DNA from: a virus
Lineage: Duplodnaviria; Heunggongvirae; Uroviricota; Caudoviricetes
DNA: 38,650 bases
IMG/VR virus record: IMGVR_UViG_3300027777_000022
Direction: 5' to 3' (one strand)
Both the position numbers and the translations under genes were made by a program. Within the stretch, counting starts at the first letter, position 1. Each line of letters begins with the position of its first letter. Below, piece by piece: positions 12,001 to 20,888 of this stretch. The notes beneath the pieces were generated by a model, which saw only the letters and a list, made by a program, of their open reading frames with translations, searched no databases and had not been told where the DNA came from.

Positions 12001-14727
12001 TGCGGTATTGGCAGTGTAACTCACTGTGGTATTACCAGTGCTTGCACCAATGGTCAATGTTGAATTGCCTGCCACATTACTGAAAATTGTCACATTGCTG
12101 ATTGAGTTTGCAACACCATTGGCAGCAATATTGATTGTCTTGATGTTACCACTGGATGTGGCACCTATACCAATGTTCAAGATTTGTGTGGCTGTGGATT
12201 GCCCAATTAAGATATTACCAGTTTGGGCAGTGGCACCAATTGTGGTTGTGCCAGTTGTTTGGCTTGTTCCAATACTGATTGTGCCTGTTGTGGTACTAAC
12301 AGTAAATGTACTTCCAGCCGTGAATGTACTATCAACTGTGAATGTGGATTCTGCTCTTACTGCACCGCCAAGTTGTACTTGTTGACCAAACCAAGTGTTA
12401 CCTTGAACTGCCAATTGTCCTTGAATACCCACAGCATTGGCAGTGAGCATGATAGAATTGGCTGTGTTATATTGAAAAACAGTATCGGCGGCAGTACCAA
12501 TCATCCAAGCTCGACTATTGGCCAAGTCAACAAATATGCCAGTGGGCGTGCTTTCTTGTGCCAGTATACCAAAACTATTTCCCAATGCAAAAGTTGCTGT
12601 GCTTACATCCCATGGTGTGGCAAGATTGTACTCATAAAAAGCAGGTATGTTTTGGGCTGTGACCCACATCTTGGCGCCGTCACTGCTTAAATTAACTGCA
12701 TGTGTGCTGCCTCCAGCAGAACTGGTGGTATTAAATGATTTGTTAGCGTAAGCGGCTGTGGCAATATTGCCTGGAGTAGACAATGTGTATTGATAAACTG
12801 TGCTGTTGGTAGTACCAACCATGTACATTGTGGTCAAATCAGGTCTGAACCACAATCCAGATGGCGCAGAGTCTTGTGCTGAAACGTTGGCGCTTAGTGT
12901 TGCATATGTGGCTGTGGTAATATTCCATGGCGTCGCCATGGTGTATTGATACACAGATCTACTGGTTTGCCCCAACACATACAAGTTAGCACCAGTACTG
13001 TCAATAAACAAGTCATTGGGACTGCCATCTTGTGTGGTTACACTAACATTACCAAACACTGTGCCAGTGTTGGCCATATTGGTAGTTGACATGTTGTATT
13101 GAAACACACGATCATTCGTAGTACCAACTAGATAAAAACTTGAGCCTGCGTTACCAAAGAAAAGTCCAGTACCGTTAGATTCGGATGCAGCAGTTGACAA
13201 GCTAACGTTTGAATAACTCCAGCCTTGAATTGCACTGGTACTGGAATTTACGTTAACATTGCTGAGTGTTAGATTACCTGTTGTAAGAACTAGATTACCA
13301 GCTGACACATTTCCAGCAACTGACAATGCATTGGTTTGTGCATTGAATACAAATCCAGCAGTTGTGACATTGGCCAATTGATTGCTACCAGCAGCACCTA
13401 CCATTACAGGATACAATGTAGTGGTTGTGTTATTGTCAGTGGCATTTATAGTATTGCCTGGACCTACTACGCCCTGTGTACCCTGTACGCCTTGAACACC
13501 TTGTGTACCTTGTATGCCTTGCACACCTTGTGTACCCTGAACACCTTGTGTACCCTGAACACCCTGAACACCTTGTGTACCTTGCACGCCTTGAGGGCCC
13601 TGTACGCCTTGTACGCCTTGTGTGCCTTGAACACCTTGAACGCCTTGTGTACCCTGTACGCCTTGAACGCCTTGTGTACCCTGTACGCCTTGAACGCCTT
13701 GTATACCTTGAACGCCTTGTATACCTTGAACGCCTTGTGTACCTTGCACGCCTTGTGTACCCTGAACGCCTTGTGTGCCCTGTACGCCTTGTACACCCTG
13801 TAATCCCTCAACACCTTGTACTCCTTGCACACCTTGTGTACCCTGAACGCCCTGAACGCCCTGCACACCTTGTGTGCCCTGTACGCCTTGTAATCCTTCA
13901 ACACCTTGTGTACCCTGTACACCTTGCAATCCTTCAACACCCTGAATGCCTTGTACACCTTGTAATCCCTCAACGCCTTGAACACCCTGTACGCCTTGAA
14001 CACCCTGTACGCCTTGAGTACCTTGTACGCCTTGTGTACCTTGAGCTCCGGATCCTGCCACGGGATCACCATTTGCATAGTAAAATCCGGCTGCTGTCAC
14101 ATTCCCAGTAACAGTTACTAGACCAAGAGAACTTAGATTGCCGCTGGTGATATTTCCTGCTACCAACAACCCAGTAGTATCAAAAACTGCTACATTAGAA
14201 ATTCCGCCCACACTTACTGTGATATTACCGCCAGAGCTAACCACAGTTACATTGGATGATCCATTGTTGATATTAGCAACTGAGGTAATAACACCACTTA
14301 AGAAAGCCCCGTTTCCTAAGAAATAATTACCAGTGATATTACCTGCGGCCGATACTATTCCAGATGCTAGAAAATTATTAGCACTGATATTCCCAGTAAC
14401 ACTGATACTGGGAATATTCAATCCACCAGATCCTATATAGATTGAATTGAATCGTAAAGTTGGGCTACCTAGATCGTACACATTGTCCCAGCTGGGGATT
14501 ACAGTATTTGTTACTTGTATTTTGCCAATGCCGTTTGGCGACAGGATCAAGTTACCATTGCTGTTGATTGTGCGAATAGTGTTGTTGGCTATGGCTACAT
14601 TGCTCAGCACTGGGCCCGCAGCAAAAACTTGATCAAAGTTTTGATTAGTGTAACTAAAGGCAGTACGTAACGGATCACCTTGTCCGTCATCGGGTACTGC
14701 GCCAATATCAATGGTGTATTGTGTCAT
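1..14727 (-). CDS. Giant modular collagen-like tail/baseplate fibre protein (>=4909 aa, 3' end beyond left window edge)
   Basis: ATG at 14727 reads [31 protein letters not shown], resembling the T4 gp10/gp9 N-terminal motif (INIG..DDGTGD.LR....IN.NF). The same frame carries all five G-X-Q blocks and the spacers I translated, with no stop found, down to base 1. TAAATA box upstream. Absent from the ORF track, probably because there is no stop codon in the window. Confidence 0.9.
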   Translation of the reverse strand, partial: MTQYTIDIGAVPDDGQGDPLRTAFSYTNQNFDQVFAAGPVLSNVAIANNTIRTINSNGNLILSPNGIGKIQVTNTVIPSWDNVYDLGSPTLRFNSIYIGSGGLNIPSISVTGNISANNFLASGIVSAAGNITGNYFLGNGAFLSGVITSVANINNGSSNVTVVSSGGNITVSVGGISNVAVFDTTGLLVAGNITSGNLSSLGLVTVTGNVTAAGFYYANGDPVAGSGAQGTQGVQGTQGVQGVQGVQGVQGVEGLQGVQGIQGVEGLQGVQGTQGVEGLQGVQGTQGVQGVQGVQGTQGVQGVQGVEGLQGVQGVQGTQGVQGTQGVQGTQGVQGIQGVQGIQGVQGVQGTQGVQGVQGTQGVQGVQGTQGVQGVQGPQGVQGTQGVQGVQGTQGVQGTQGVQGIQGTQGVQGVQGTQGVVGPGNTINATDNNTTTTLYPVMVGAAGSNQLANVTTAGFVFNAQTNALSVAGNVSAGNLVLTTGNLTLSNVNVNSSTSAIQGWSYSNVSLSTAASESNGTGLFFGNAGSSFYLVGTTNDRVFQYNMSTTNMANTGTVFGNVSVTTQDGSPNDLFIDSTGANLYVLGQTSRSVYQYTMATPWNITTATYATLSANVSAQDSAPSGLWFRPDLTTMYMVGTTNSTVYQYTLSTPGNIATAAYANKSFNTTSSAGGSTHAVNLSSDGAKMWVTAQNIPAFYEYNLATPWDVSTATFALGNSFGILAQESTPTGIFVDLANSRAWMIGTAADTVFQYNTANSIMLTANAVGIQGQLAVQGNTWFGQQVQLGGAVRAESTFTVDSTFTAGSTFTVSTTTGTISIGTSQTTGTTTIGATAQTGNILIGQSTATQILNIGIGATSSGNIKTINIAANGVANSISNVTIFSNVAGNSTLTIGASTGNTTVSYTANTAVAIANVSNTALSVAGNVQAGNYVAASGGFFGSLLSTTGTVTFATTLSTINIGTGQLTPALTLGGPIQTGTITVGQSNATQILAIANGATTSGNTKTISIGENGAANSTTTISVGPGLGNGTVTFGSNTTVNISNTSGTALSVAGNISVAGNIQAAGFTYANGTPVAGSGAQGTQGVQGVQGRQGVQGVQAAQGTQGTQGTQGVQGVQGTTGAQGVQGVQGVQGVQGTTGAQGTTGAQGVQGTQGVQGTQGVQGVTGTQGTQGVQGVQGVQGVQGVTGTQGVQGTTGAQGTQGVQGTQGVQGLQGVQGTQGVQGTQGVQGVQGTQGVQGVQGVQGTQGVQGTTGAQGTQGLQGVQGVQGVQGLQGVQGLQGVQGTQGVQGVQGLQGVQGTQGVQGVQGTQGVQGVQGLQGVQGTQGVQGVQGTQGVQGTTGAQGTQGVQGIQGTQGVQGLQGVQGLQGVQGTQGVQGVQGVTGTQGVQGVQGTQGVQGTTGAQGTQGLQGVQGVQAAQGTQGTQGTQGTQGVQGVQGTQGVQGTQGVQGTQGTQGVQGTQGVQGVQGIQGTQGVQGLQGVQGLQGVQGTQGVQGVQGVTGTQGVQGVQGTQGLQGVQGVQGVQGVQAAQGTQGVQGVQGVQGVQGTQGTQGTQGTQGTQGTQGTQGTQGTQGTQGVQGVQGTQGVQGVQGTQGVQGTQGVQGTQGTQGVQGTQGVQGVQGIQGVQGVQGLQGTQGVQGTQGTQGVQGVQGIQGTQGVQGLQGTQGVQGTQGVQGTQGVQGIQGVQGTQGVQGIQGIQGTQGVQGLQGTQGVQGVTGTQGTQGVQGVQGLQGVQGIQGVQGIQGVQGIQGTQGVQGVTGTQGLQGVQGVQGLQGIQGVQGIQGLQGVQGVQGLQGVQGVQGIQGVQGVEGLQGVQGVQGLQGIQGVQGIQGVQGVQGIQGVQGIQGTQGVQGVTGTQGTQGVQGVQGVQGVQGVQGVQGTQGLAGPSTTINATDVTSGTLYPVMVGASGSNQTANVDTVGLSFTATGNILSIAGNVVGGNVKTAGIVSAVGNLYTSNAVTYSDTSNIAGWWASNSLSILAQDASATDVFFNSSGNTMFLLGSANRAVYQYNVATPWAVATASYASLSSNVNGQATSPQGFWFNSSGNTMFVLDTTTRIVFQYGISNVANIATASYSNLSANISAQETAPTGVTFSPDGANMYIVGTTNDTIYQYTVSNVANIATAAYANKSLSVSAQDGAPSGATFNSTGTVLWLLGNSNRNISQYQLSVPYDISTGVYSNNYFNVGFQEATPTGIYVNLANNSVYVSGSTTDRVWQYDTGNSTIVNSNSLGILGYAHIVGNLQTNNIQAVGGINVVGSISATSTLTAGTAVTFSTTTSAINIGTSQTTGVIALGGTAQTGIITVGRSTATQTLYIANGVTTSGNTKTISIGENGAANSTTTISVGPGLGNGTVTFGSNTTVLISNTSGTALSVAGNISAAGNVQAAGFTYANGTPVAGSGAQGVQGVQGTQGVQGVQAAQGTQGVQGVQGTQGVQGVQGTQGVQGTQGVQGTQGVQGPQGVQGTQGVQGTQGVQGTQGVQGVQGVQGPQGVQGVQGTQGVQGVQGVQGTQGVQGVEGPQGVQGVQGVQGTQGVQGTQGVQGIQGTQGVQGIQGTQGVQGIQGTQGVQGVQGTQGVQGIQGTQGVQGIQGTQGVQGIQGTQGVQGVQGTQGVQGIQGTQGVQGIQGTQGVQGIQGTQGVQGVQGTQGVQGIQGLQGVQGTQGVQGTQGVQGIQGPQGVQGVQGTQGVQGIQGPQGVQGTQGVQGIQGVQGTQGVQGTQGVQGIQGPQGVQGTQGVQGTQGVQGIQGVQGVQGVEGLQGVQGVQGVQGIQGTQGTQGTQGTQGVQGTQGTQGVTGAQGTQGVQGTQGVQGTQGVQGTQGVQGVQGVQGVQGVQGTQGLAGPSTTINATDVTSGTLYPVMVGASGSNQTANVDTVGLSFTATGNILSVTGIVNTASYTGDVVSVTGSVTSGTVNGGNASITGNVQADGYTGGNLSVTGRVDATTLSATGSVNSPSYTGTNMSLSGIVQATSFTGTTITSTGALNLNPSGNVVLKANTYINNLAMPVQDYDAATKLYVDNFATTGITFHQPVYAATTTTLETATSGTITYNQPNGAGNGVGATLKTTGVFNLIDGANIQTVGTRVLVQNQANGVQNGVYTYANTTAIIRSSDTDQYGANSTEEISINDYFFVQSGNVNAGAAFVVSSPSGTITFGTSNIQFAEFSRSQVYTANTSAGLTLVGTVFSAKVDNTTTAFDGTGNIVVKTSANLTTPNIGAATGTSLSTTGNVTTAGIVATGNISTTGNVQGGNFVATGGFLGSSISVNGGVNFSATSSNINIGTSLLASLLVLGGVSQTGAIQVDRSTVTHTLAIANGVTTSGNTKTISIGENGAANSTTTISIGPGLGNGTVTFGSNTTVNISNTSGTALSVAGNISVAGNVKAAGFTYANGTPVAGSGAQGTQGVQGLQGVQGVQAAQGTQGVQGTQGVQGTQGVQGVQGVQGTIGAQGTTGAQGVQGVQGVQGVQGTQGVQGVQGVQGTQGVQGTQGTQGVQSTQGVQGVQGTQGVQGTQGTQGVQGTQGVQGTQGTQGTQGVQGTQGVQGAQGTQGVQGVQGVQGVQGTQGVQGVQGVQGVQGVQGTQGVQGTQGTQGVQGTQGVQGTQGTQGVQGTQGVQGTQGVQGTQGVQGTQGTQGTQGVQGVQGTQGVQGTQGVQGVQGVTGTQGVQGVQGTQGVQGTTGAQGTQGLQGVQGVQGVQGVQGVQGTQGVQGTQGVQGIQGVTGAQGVQGTQGVQGTQGVQGIQGTQGVQGTQGVQGTQGVQGVQGTQGVTGAQGTTGAQGTQGVQGTQGVQGVQGTQGVQGTQGVTGAQGTTGAQGTQGVQGVQGVQGTQGVQGTQGTTGAQGTQGVQGTQGVQGVQGTQGVQGTQGVQGTQGVQGTQGVQGVQGTQGTTGAQGTQGVQGVQGVQGVQGTQGVQGTQGVTGAQGTTGAQGTQGTQGVQGTQGVQGTQGVQGTQGVQGTQGVQGVQGTQGVQGVQGTQGVTGAQGTTGAQGTQGVQGVQGVQGVQGTQGVQGTQGVTGAQGTTGAQGTQGVQGVQGVQGTQGVQGVQGVTGAQGVQGRQGVQGTQGVQGVQGVQGVQGVQGTQGLAGPSTTINATDVVTGTLYPVMVGASGSNQTANVDTVGLSFTATGNILSVTGIVNTASYTGDVVSVTGSVTGANLYAGSATITGNVQADGYTGGNLSVTAAVYSTDVSALGTINSPSYTGTNMSLSGIVQATSFTGTTISVSGGITGTTITLTNPGALVANANNAGMELGNVAAVNTPYIDFHSSGNSTLDYDSRIIASGGNIGRAAGTGTLSIIGSIFQVSGNISAVGNVQAAGFTYANGVAVSTQGTQGTQGVQGVQGVQGVQAAQGTQGVQGTQGTQGVQGRQGVQGVQAAQGTQGVQGVQGVQGVQGTTGAQGVQGVQGVQGVQGVQGVQGVQGTTGAQGTTGAQGVQGVQGVQGVTGAQGVQGVQGVTGAQGTQGVQGVQGVQGVQGVQGVQGVTGAQGTTGAQGVQGVQGVQGVQGVQGVQGVQGVQGVTGAQGTTGAQGVQGVQGVQGVTGAQGTTGAQGVQGVQGVQGVQGVQGVTGAQGTTGAQGTTGAQGVQGVQGVQGVTGAQGTTGAQGTTGAQGVQGVQGVQGVQGVQGVQGVTGAQGTTGAQGVQGVQGVQGVQGVQGVTGAQGTTGAQGTTGAQGVQGVQGVQGVTGAQGTTGAQGTTGAQGVQGVQGVQGVQGVQGVQGVTGAQGTTGAQGVQGVQGVQGRQGVQGVQGVTGAQGTTGAQGTTGAQGVQGVQGVQGVQGVTGAQGTTGAQGVQGVQGVQGVQGVQGVQGVTGAQGTTGAQGVQGVQGVQGVQGVQGVQGVTGAQGTTGAQGTTGAQGVQGVQGVQGVQGVTGAQGTTGAQGVQGVQGVQGVQGVIGTGYSGLTSASSATIASSGSIAFTTN
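79..1791 (-). repeat. Collagen-like 9-bp/Gly-X-Y repeat block 5 (~570 aa; [12 protein letters not shown])
   Basis: Tandem 9-mers (e.g. plus-strand ttgcacacc, ttgagcacc, agtagtacc) translating to G-X-Q/G-X-T on the minus strand. Confidence 0.95.
2506..4557 (-). repeat. Collagen-like repeat block 4 (~685 aa; [12 protein letters not shown])
   Basis: Tandem 9-mers, Gly every third codon. Confidence 0.95.
6223..7536 (-). repeat. Collagen-like repeat block 3 (~440 aa; GTQ, GVQ, GIQ, some GPQ)
   Basis: Tandem 9-mers with higher-order 27-bp and ~108-bp units around 6790-7130. Confidence 0.95.
8080..8830 (-). other. Five-repeat beta-propeller-like domain B within giant fibre
   Basis: Five ~50-aa repeats, consensus SV.AQ...P.G..F..DG..MY..G..ND.IYQY.....W.IATA.Y. 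Confidence 0.7.
9085..11496 (-). repeat. Collagen-like repeat block 2 (~805 aa; [12 protein letters not shown])
   Basis: Tandem 9-mers, including a pure run of ~10 ttgtgtgcc (GTQ) at ~10012-10101. Confidence 0.95.
12465..13220 (-). other. Five-repeat beta-propeller-like domain A within giant fibre
   Basis: Five ~50-aa repeats, e.g. [45 protein letters not shown]. Confidence 0.7.
13462..14049 (-). repeat. Collagen-like repeat block 1 (~195 aa)
   Basis: Tandem G-X-Q triplets starting after [12 protein letters not shown]. Confidence 0.95.
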
Positions 14728-14745
14728 TTGTAGAGTCTCTGATTG

Positions 14746-14751
14746 TATTTA
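14746..14751 (-). promoter_or_regulatory. T4-type late promoter box TAAATA for giant fibre gene
   Basis: GGTAAATAC 18 nt upstream of ATG; the same hexamer recurs before other structural genes. Confidence 0.6.
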
Positions 14752-14771
14752 CCAGACTCTGCGAACAGGTG

Positions 14772-15359
14772 CTACAGCTCGTGATTGGTATCTACACGAT
14801 ACTGGAATGTGTTGATATCTATGTGTTCAAAATTTTCAATATTCTTGAACTCTTTGATTTCTGCTGTAGTGGGTCCGCAAACACGAATAAATTTAGTAGT
14901 TGAGAAATCTTTTATCAATGTAACAACCTGACGTATCCAATTGCCTGTGTAAGTTGGTGCAGCATCTGCACTTTTGTAAAATGCTGTGCCAGCATACACA
15001 TTGTTAAATCGCATGGATGGGCTGGGTCCCATGTCAAATCCCAACATATAGATACGATCATGCCCGTCCAGCGCAGCAATTGCACAGGCAATAGGACCCG
15101 AACTATTGCCATGGTACTTTCTAGGAACTACATTTGCACCCAAATCCGGCAGTGGTTTTCTTGTGTAAAATCTATGATTTTTACTGTATCCTGACCGTTG
15201 TATTTCTTCTGCTATTGGACGATCAGTTGCCACAAGACAGTCTGGCGTGTGGTCTCTATACAAGCCATTGCAGCCATAGATAGATCCTAGAGATCGAAAT
15301 CTGGTCAAATCCAATGCAGTTCTACTCTGCCCATTTCCCAAAACAAATGCCACGGTCAT
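14772..15359 (-). CDS. DUF115/Maf/MptE-like protein (possible glycosyltransferase-related)
   Basis: Motifs AFVLGNGQSR, IYGCNGLY, LVATD, SSG..A, IYMLGFDM. Confidence 0.6.
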   Translation of the reverse strand: MTVAFVLGNGQSRTALDLTRFRSLGSIYGCNGLYRDHTPDCLVATDRPIAEEIQRSGYSKNHRFYTRKPLPDLGANVVPRKYHGNSSGPIACAIAALDGHDRIYMLGFDMGPSPSMRFNNVYAGTAFYKSADAAPTYTGNWIRQVVTLIKDFSTTKFIRVCGPTTAEIKEFKNIENFEHIDINTFQYRVDTNHEL

Positions 15360-15393
15360 AAAAAAATCCTCCCAGTATGTAGCTGAGAGGATT
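15360..15393 (-). terminator. Hairpin/terminator after the MGRPL gene that overlaps the SD of the next gene
   Basis: Minus strand AATCCTCTCAG-ctacata-CTGGGAGGATT-TTTTT-ATG. Confidence 0.65.
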
Positions 15394-15408
15394 GTGAGTT
15401 CCTAAATA

Positions 15409-16224
15409 TTAGGAAGTAACATTGTCAATAACTGCCAATGGAATGTAACCAGCCGGTGCACCTGCAACCGATTCTGTAGCAGTATCTGTTTCTGAACCTG
15501 ACTGTGCAACGCCACCTTCGTCTGTAAAGAAGTTGGCCACATAGAAAAGTTCATTACTGTAGTCGACTTCACCAAGATTAGCATTGCTGTAATCGCCGGC
15601 AGTTCCTGCCCAGTCACGTACCCACTTGTTGCTGAGATTGCTAGCGTAAGCGTCTGAGCTGTCACCAGATTCGTAACCAATGCTCATGTAACCACCTGCT
15701 GGTGCACCAGTGTTGCTCAAAATGCACACACCTACTGGGTATGCGGTTCCATTGCCACCGCCGTCAGCTGCTCTGGCTGTGAAAATATCGCCAGGTGACA
15801 CATTGCCAGTTCCTGTACCAACTGTTTGCCAATTGGTAGTTCCTAGCACAGCAATTTGATATGCTTGACCCACGGTAAAACTGCCATCGGAAACTGTGGC
15901 TGCTGTATAAGCTACCAAATACTTGTGATTGCCTTTCTGTCGAATAATACGACCAGCACCAGCACCAGTGGTGTTACCATCAGGATATAGAATATTCACC
16001 GTGGCCAACACTTCAGGATAGGTGGCACTGGGTTGGCTTGTGGCAGGTGATCCGCCAACCACGCCCAAGAACTGTGCTGCATTTAGAGTCTGCGTGGGTG
16101 CATTATAAACTGGAACATCCAGTGCGCTGAAAGGTGGATAAGCAAGATCCACAGGTGTGGCGGCGCCAGGGCTACCAACACCAGTATTTAAACTGTATTT
16201 TTGTATTTTAAGAGGACGTCCCAT
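15409..16224 (-). CDS. Putative virion structural protein (MGRPLK N-terminus), function unknown
   Basis: 271 aa, Gly/Ala/Thr-rich, strong SD AAGGAG, late box upstream, own terminator. Confidence 0.65.
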   Translation of the reverse strand: MGRPLKIQKYSLNTGVGSPGAATPVDLAYPPFSALDVPVYNAPTQTLNAAQFLGVVGGSPATSQPSATYPEVLATVNILYPDGNTTGAGAGRIIRQKGNHKYLVAYTAATVSDGSFTVGQAYQIAVLGTTNWQTVGTGTGNVSPGDIFTARAADGGGNGTAYPVGVCILSNTGAPAGGYMSIGYESGDSSDAYASNLSNKWVRDWAGTAGDYSNANLGEVDYSNELFYVANFFTDEGGVAQSGSETDTATESVAGAPAGYIPLAVIDNVTS

Positions 16225-16227
16225 TTG

Positions 16228-16318
16228 TTTTCTCCTTAAAGAAGTCCGATGAAGGTTCTAGCTTCTACGCGGCGGGTTAAACCGCATAAGACGCAGGATT
16301 GCGTACAACACTTATTTA
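16228..16318 (-). promoter_or_regulatory. Late promoter (TAAATA 16313-16318) plus structured ~85-nt 5' leader
   Basis: Three consecutive stems (ACGCA/TGCGT, TATGCGGT/GCCGCGTA, GAAG/CTTC) between the box and the SD. Confidence 0.55.
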
Positions 16319-16368
16319 TGGATAGTGAGATATTTTGAGTCAGGTGCAAAAACTTATTAAATATCCAT

Positions 16369-17520
16369 ATGAATATCAATCAAACTCTTGAACAAGGCAA
16401 TCAACATCGCGCCAATCACCAACCAGAACTGGCATTAAAATGCTATGCTGCTGTACTGGGAGAAGATTTCAATCATGGTGCTGCATTCAACAATTATGGA
16501 AATGTGCTACGTGAGATGGGTTATCCTGCTCGTGCTATACCATTTCTTCATGCTGCCCGCGACATCGATCCGTCAAATGTCACTGCTGAATTCAATCTAG
16601 CTGTGGCTTATTTGCTCAAAGGTGATTACGAACTTGGGTGGCAATATTACGAATCACGTTGGCGCTATGAACACATGGCTGGTGTTAAGCCACAATTGCC
16701 AAAGCCCGAATGGACTGGCCAAGATCTCAAAGACAAAACTATATTAGTTGTGGGCGAGCAAGGACTGGGTGATCAAATCCAGTTCTTGAGATTCACTGCT
16801 AACTTACAATCAACTGGTGCCAAAATAAAATTAGTAATGAGTCCCGGTGTCAAAGCATTGTTTCCTACTCCAGCTGGAAATATCATTGGCATCTACGCTC
16901 CTGGTGAAGATCTTGGTGAATACGATTATTGGATTTCCATGATGAGTATACCTAGAGTCATTGGATTACGATTAGAAACAATCGCACACCAATTGCAATA
17001 TGTAGCTGCCACCCCTGAAAAAGCACAAGAGTGGGACAATAAACTAGGGTTAAAAAAGCGTATGAGAATTGGGGTATGTTGGAGAGGCCGACCAGATTCA
17101 TGGATACACAATCACAAAGCCATGCCTGTGGAAAAGATGGCCGAACTCATACGACGCAATCCTGAACATCAATGGATCAACCTAACTGTAGATAGTACCG
17201 AGGAAGAATCACAAATCATAATTGCAGCCGGTGGTGAATGTTTTCCAGGATCAATTCAAAATTTTGCAGACACAGCAGGACTCATGCATCACTTGGATCT
17301 TGTGATATCTGTAGATACTGCCAATGCACACTTGGCAGGAGCAATGGGTCGCCCTGTTTGGATACCGTTGAATGCATATGGTAATTGCTGGCGGTGGTTG
17401 TTGAATCGTGAAGATTCACCCTGGTATCCCAGTGCTAGACTTTATCGTCAACCCAAAATAGGCGACTGGGATAGTGTAGTAAACAAACTACACAAATTTT
17501 TAGGCTTCTTTAAAATTTAA
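16369..17520 (+). CDS. TPR-repeat protein fused to GT9-like (heptosyltransferase-type GT-B) glycosyltransferase domain
   Basis: N-terminal TPRs (AFNNYGNVLREMG, AEFNLAVAYLLKGDYELGW.YYE.RW), EQGLGDQIQF, FADTAGLMHHLDLVISVDTANAHLAGAMGRPVW, DSPWYPSARLYRQ. Confidence 0.88.
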   Translation: MNINQTLEQGNQHRANHQPELALKCYAAVLGEDFNHGAAFNNYGNVLREMGYPARAIPFLHAARDIDPSNVTAEFNLAVAYLLKGDYELGWQYYESRWRYEHMAGVKPQLPKPEWTGQDLKDKTILVVGEQGLGDQIQFLRFTANLQSTGAKIKLVMSPGVKALFPTPAGNIIGIYAPGEDLGEYDYWISMMSIPRVIGLRLETIAHQLQYVAATPEKAQEWDNKLGLKKRMRIGVCWRGRPDSWIHNHKAMPVEKMAELIRRNPEHQWINLTVDSTEEESQIIIAAGGECFPGSIQNFADTAGLMHHLDLVISVDTANAHLAGAMGRPVWIPLNAYGNCWRWLLNREDSPWYPSARLYRQPKIGDWDSVVNKLHKFLGFFKI

Positions 17521-18621
17521 TCGTGCGGTTAGTATTTGATCAACGTCATTGGACATTTTTTTATGCCAATTGGTGTTCATCAATACTTGTAGATTGTGTT
17601 CTACTATTGGTTGTATCTGTTCTAGAACTTTTTGCTGATCCATTGCAGCCAGTGCTTGCATCTGTTCAAATGCCATTTTCCACCGGCGCACATCATCTAC
17701 TTCTAAATCGTAACTTTCGTTTATGATATGATCAAAAGTTCTAAAACCTGACTCTCTAAGATAGTATAGATACCTGTAGCTTGACAATACTATAAACAAT
17801 CGTCTGCAGACCATGACCCTGGCTATTTTTTCAGTAAAGAATACTTGATTGTGCTGTGCATTAGTTTCAGTAACTACCGAGTACGCAGTTTGTTGATACA
17901 CACTGACCGGTGGTATTAGTCCTGTGCGAGTAACAATATCGTGAAATTTACATGGAATTCCAAAATGTGTTATTGGGCCAGGCACAATCATGTCAGGCTC
18001 CAATATTTCTCTTGGCCTAGTAGTTTTACCGCCATAGTAAGACATAATGGTTTGAGGTGACAGCACTGAATCTTTTTCAATCCAATCATGCAATAAAGTT
18101 CTATACGGTCTTTCTCCTCCTAGCAAGGCATCAAATAACATGGGTTTAATAGTTGTAGGGTCAAACTTGTTGATATAAGTTTGCATGGTTGGATGTTGGT
18201 ATACATCTACTGCATCCTGCAACCAATGCTGCCAGATAACCCAAGGATAATGGAGATTGCCAAAATTCTGTTGTCCAGGGCATACTATTAGTAAGTTCGA
18301 GTATACAGATACCCAATCAATGAATAAGCGAAAGCTAAAAATTTCTGGTACAAACCAAACACATTGTATAGGATTAGACACCAGTTTTTTAATTTTCCGA
18401 CACCATTCATTTTTCTGATCAACTTCGTTGCAGTTGAGATATTTTGTATCAGTGGGTTCTACTATCAGAACCACATGTTGCTGATTGTTGTTGACATTCA
18501 ATTGCAATTGATCAAAATTGTCACATAAAATTGTTTGAGGAAAACATTTTTTTACTATAGAAATAGTATTCTCTGAAGGGCCATCATTGAGATTGGCATA
18601 TAACCAATAATTTACTGTCAT
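17500..18621 (-). CDS. Putative glycosyltransferase (GT10/fucosyltransferase-like C-terminal motif)
   Basis: VVTET....FFTEKI.R......FIV......L.YLRESGFRTFDHIINESYD. Confidence 0.5.
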   Translation of the reverse strand: MTVNYWLYANLNDGPSENTISIVKKCFPQTILCDNFDQLQLNVNNNQQHVVLIVEPTDTKYLNCNEVDQKNEWCRKIKKLVSNPIQCVWFVPEIFSFRLFIDWVSVYSNLLIVCPGQQNFGNLHYPWVIWQHWLQDAVDVYQHPTMQTYINKFDPTTIKPMLFDALLGGERPYRTLLHDWIEKDSVLSPQTIMSYYGGKTTRPREILEPDMIVPGPITHFGIPCKFHDIVTRTGLIPPVSVYQQTAYSVVTETNAQHNQVFFTEKIARVMVCRRLFIVLSSYRYLYYLRESGFRTFDHIINESYDLEVDDVRRWKMAFEQMQALAAMDQQKVLEQIQPIVEHNLQVLMNTNWHKKMSNDVDQILTARLNFKEA

Positions 18622-19610
18622 GTCAATAAGTTTTCTAATTTTAACACAGCTATTTCAGTAACTTGTCGTATGGCTGCTGGATTGTGAAACCAAGCAACAT
18701 TGTGTTTGACCATGTCTAAATTCTTTTGATACAGATCTGCAATGTCATCTCTCTGCATGAGTTCAACAATAAGATTGGCTTTGTGTTCGTGCGTGCCCAC
18801 TTGATCAAATTCGTTCCAGATTTCAAAGCCAAGATCTTTGAGTGTTTGTGTGGCCTGTTCGGGACCATAGTTAATGACCAAACAACCGCTGCGATATGCT
18901 TTCCAAGTTTTTTCACTCAGCAACACTTGATCAGTATGGCTAGTTTCTCCATTGATATTCACACAGGCTGCAAACGCTGGATGATTGTTCTGCTCCATCT
19001 TTGGTGGATATCCACCGGTACCAACATAGTCAAAAAATTCTGGTCGGTTGGTCCATGGCAATTCTTCCCACCATCCTGGAGGTAATAAATTTTTAAAGTC
19101 GCCAATCTGATTCACAATCATCACATCCTGGTCAGTCACGTAGGGTTTTATATCACGCAACAGTTTCACTCTGTGATATCTAGAACTACCAGACAAGAAA
19201 CTCACTCGATGTTTTTTTGGCCGATTCTCTTGATGATTGTGTTCTACCAATTGATAAAACCACCAGCTGGGCCAAGGTGACATGTTGGGTTGATCACTCT
19301 GCTGTGGTCTAATATCAGGATGAAATATGAAAAAATCTTTGATGTCTAGATGTTTACACAATTCTTGATGTATTAAATTGGCATCACAAGGATTGCCATC
19401 AAGACATAACACAGGTAATCTTCCTGTTTGTCGAGTGGCGTTGATTATTAAATCAACGCCATATTCCAGACTTTGATTTAATCGCAAGTGACCATCAAAG
19501 AAGAATATCAACTGGTCTGACAAGTTTGACAGTCCAAAATATTCAAATTGAGATCGATGACTTACGGGAGTATTCCAACTGGAATCTGCACCCCAATAGT
19601 GTTCAAACAT
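18618..19610 (-). CDS. Putative glycosyltransferase, distant paralogue of the neighbouring gene
   Basis: NINGET...LLSEKTWKAY...LVINYG....Q.LKDLGF; ATGA overlap with downstream gene. Confidence 0.45.
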   Translation of the reverse strand: MFEHYWGADSSWNTPVSHRSQFEYFGLSNLSDQLIFFFDGHLRLNQSLEYGVDLIINATRQTGRLPVLCLDGNPCDANLIHQELCKHLDIKDFFIFHPDIRPQQSDQPNMSPWPSWWFYQLVEHNHQENRPKKHRVSFLSGSSRYHRVKLLRDIKPYVTDQDVMIVNQIGDFKNLLPPGWWEELPWTNRPEFFDYVGTGGYPPKMEQNNHPAFAACVNINGETSHTDQVLLSEKTWKAYRSGCLVINYGPEQATQTLKDLGFEIWNEFDQVGTHEHKANLIVELMQRDDIADLYQKNLDMVKHNVAWFHNPAAIRQVTEIAVLKLENLLT

Positions 19611-19650
19611 ATTGAGTAATTATAACAGGATGTAGTGGGTGTGTCAATTA

Positions 19651-20388
19651 TTACAGACCAAATCTGGCTCGATCAGCAAGCCAGTTTTGTTCAACACCGG
19701 CGGCATCAATGTCCGTATTATACACACGAACAATAGCCAAGCGGCCTCCCCATAACCCGCCCGGATCCCAGCGTGTCATTAACCCATATCCAATTGAAGG
19801 ATTAGCGGCACCACCCGGTGGTGCCGCTTGAGTTTGTACCAATGTGTTGTTTACATACAAATTGAGAGTGGTTCCATCAAATGTGCCCACAATCTGATAC
19901 CATGCTCCAGGTGTTAATGTATATGGGGCAGTAGCTTGAAATCCTGCACCATACCACCAAGCCTGTAAATCATTAACAGTACCGCTAACTGAACCCAGGC
20001 CAAGATTGATGGTGCCACCACCGTATGAGTATTCTGTAAATATATTAGGTCCAGCTGCGGTGTTAGTTCCATCATAGTAATGCCAAGCTTCAATTGACCA
20101 GTTGGCCAATGTGCCTAAGTTTGTGGAGCTGGCTGCATACTGTCCTGAACCAGGATCAAACTGTATGTATCCACCGTTGGCACTGTTGTATGTGGGACCG
20201 TTTACTAGTATAAAAGTTATTGATCCAACTGTGTCAGTCCAGGTAGAGTAGCCCCCTGATCCAGGATAACTTGCAGGATCGCCGGCGTCAAGATTTAACG
20301 CTGCCGGCAACGGTGCGGGCGGTGGTAATATTGCTTCAAATGTGATTCCACCACCTATGGTGAGTCCGGTGCCGATTGAGAGTGCCAT
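19651..20388 (-). CDS. LamG/concanavalin A-like lectin domain protein
   Basis: LNLDAGDPASYPGSG..WTD, WSIEAW, WYQIVGTFDGTTLNLYVN, GRLAIVRVYN, ARFGL terminus. Confidence 0.85.
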   Translation of the reverse strand: MALSIGTGLTIGGGITFEAILPPPAPLPAALNLDAGDPASYPGSGGYSTWTDTVGSITFILVNGPTYNSANGGYIQFDPGSGQYAASSTNLGTLANWSIEAWHYYDGTNTAAGPNIFTEYSYGGGTINLGLGSVSGTVNDLQAWWYGAGFQATAPYTLTPGAWYQIVGTFDGTTLNLYVNNTLVQTQAAPPGGAANPSIGYGLMTRWDPGGLWGGRLAIVRVYNTDIDAAGVEQNWLADRARFGL

Positions 20389-20396
20389 GTATTATC

Positions 20397-20888
20397 CTAT
20401 GTCAAAATATCTAAAAGTTGTTGTTGCACCGTGACATCATTTAGTCCTAGATGCACATTTTTTGCCCACGCAAAATTTGTCAACCAAGTTCCCATGTATA
20501 AATCATCCACGGCTGCCCATTGAGTGGTTTCAGGATGCTGTTGTAACCATGTTTTTATTTCTGTTGCTCTTTGTTCATGATATGTGACAGCACCAGGCAA
20601 CCATGCAGTATAATCAACGGGCATTTTTTTAATGCCTTGAGTCTGATAAAACTCACACATGCCTTCAATGCTGGTTTTTAATTTCCAATCACTGCTTACA
20701 ACAATTTCAGCACCAGTTTGATCTAGTATTTGATTTAGAATTTCAACTGCTGACGGATCAAAGTCACTGAAATAGGTCTTGTCAGTGCCTGCAAATTCAT
20801 CCGCAGTAGGCATGCTGTGTTCAGTTCTAATTATCTCAGTAGCACCAAGACACATCACGCCGTAATGATCCAAGAACAGTATTTTCAA
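20397..20888 (-). CDS. HAD-superfamily protein (HAD_SAK_2 / Swiss-army-knife RNA-repair type)
   Basis: KILFLDHYGV, AEIVVSSDWK, RATEIKTWL, WAAVDDL. Confidence 0.75.
   Translation of the reverse strand: MKILFLDHYGVMCLGATEIIRTEHSMPTADEFAGTDKTYFSDFDPSAVEILNQILDQTGAEIVVSSDWKLKTSIEGMCEFYQTQGIKKMPVDYTAWLPGAVTYHEQRATEIKTWLQQHPETTQWAAVDDLYMGTWLTNFAWAKNVHLGLNDVTVQQQLLDILT

Noticed and set aside
79-14049. Repeat arrays as CRISPR, DGR template/variable repeats or non-coding satellite
   Set aside because: No repeat-spacer alternation, no reverse transcriptase in the window, and variation always preserves frame and Gly periodicity, as expected for coding repeats
88-14903. Dozens of track ORFs (LHTLYAL.., HLVCLER.., KAHKVFK.. 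repeats)
   Set aside because: Antisense and alternate-frame shadows of the stop-poor G-X-Q repeats of the single minus-strand gene
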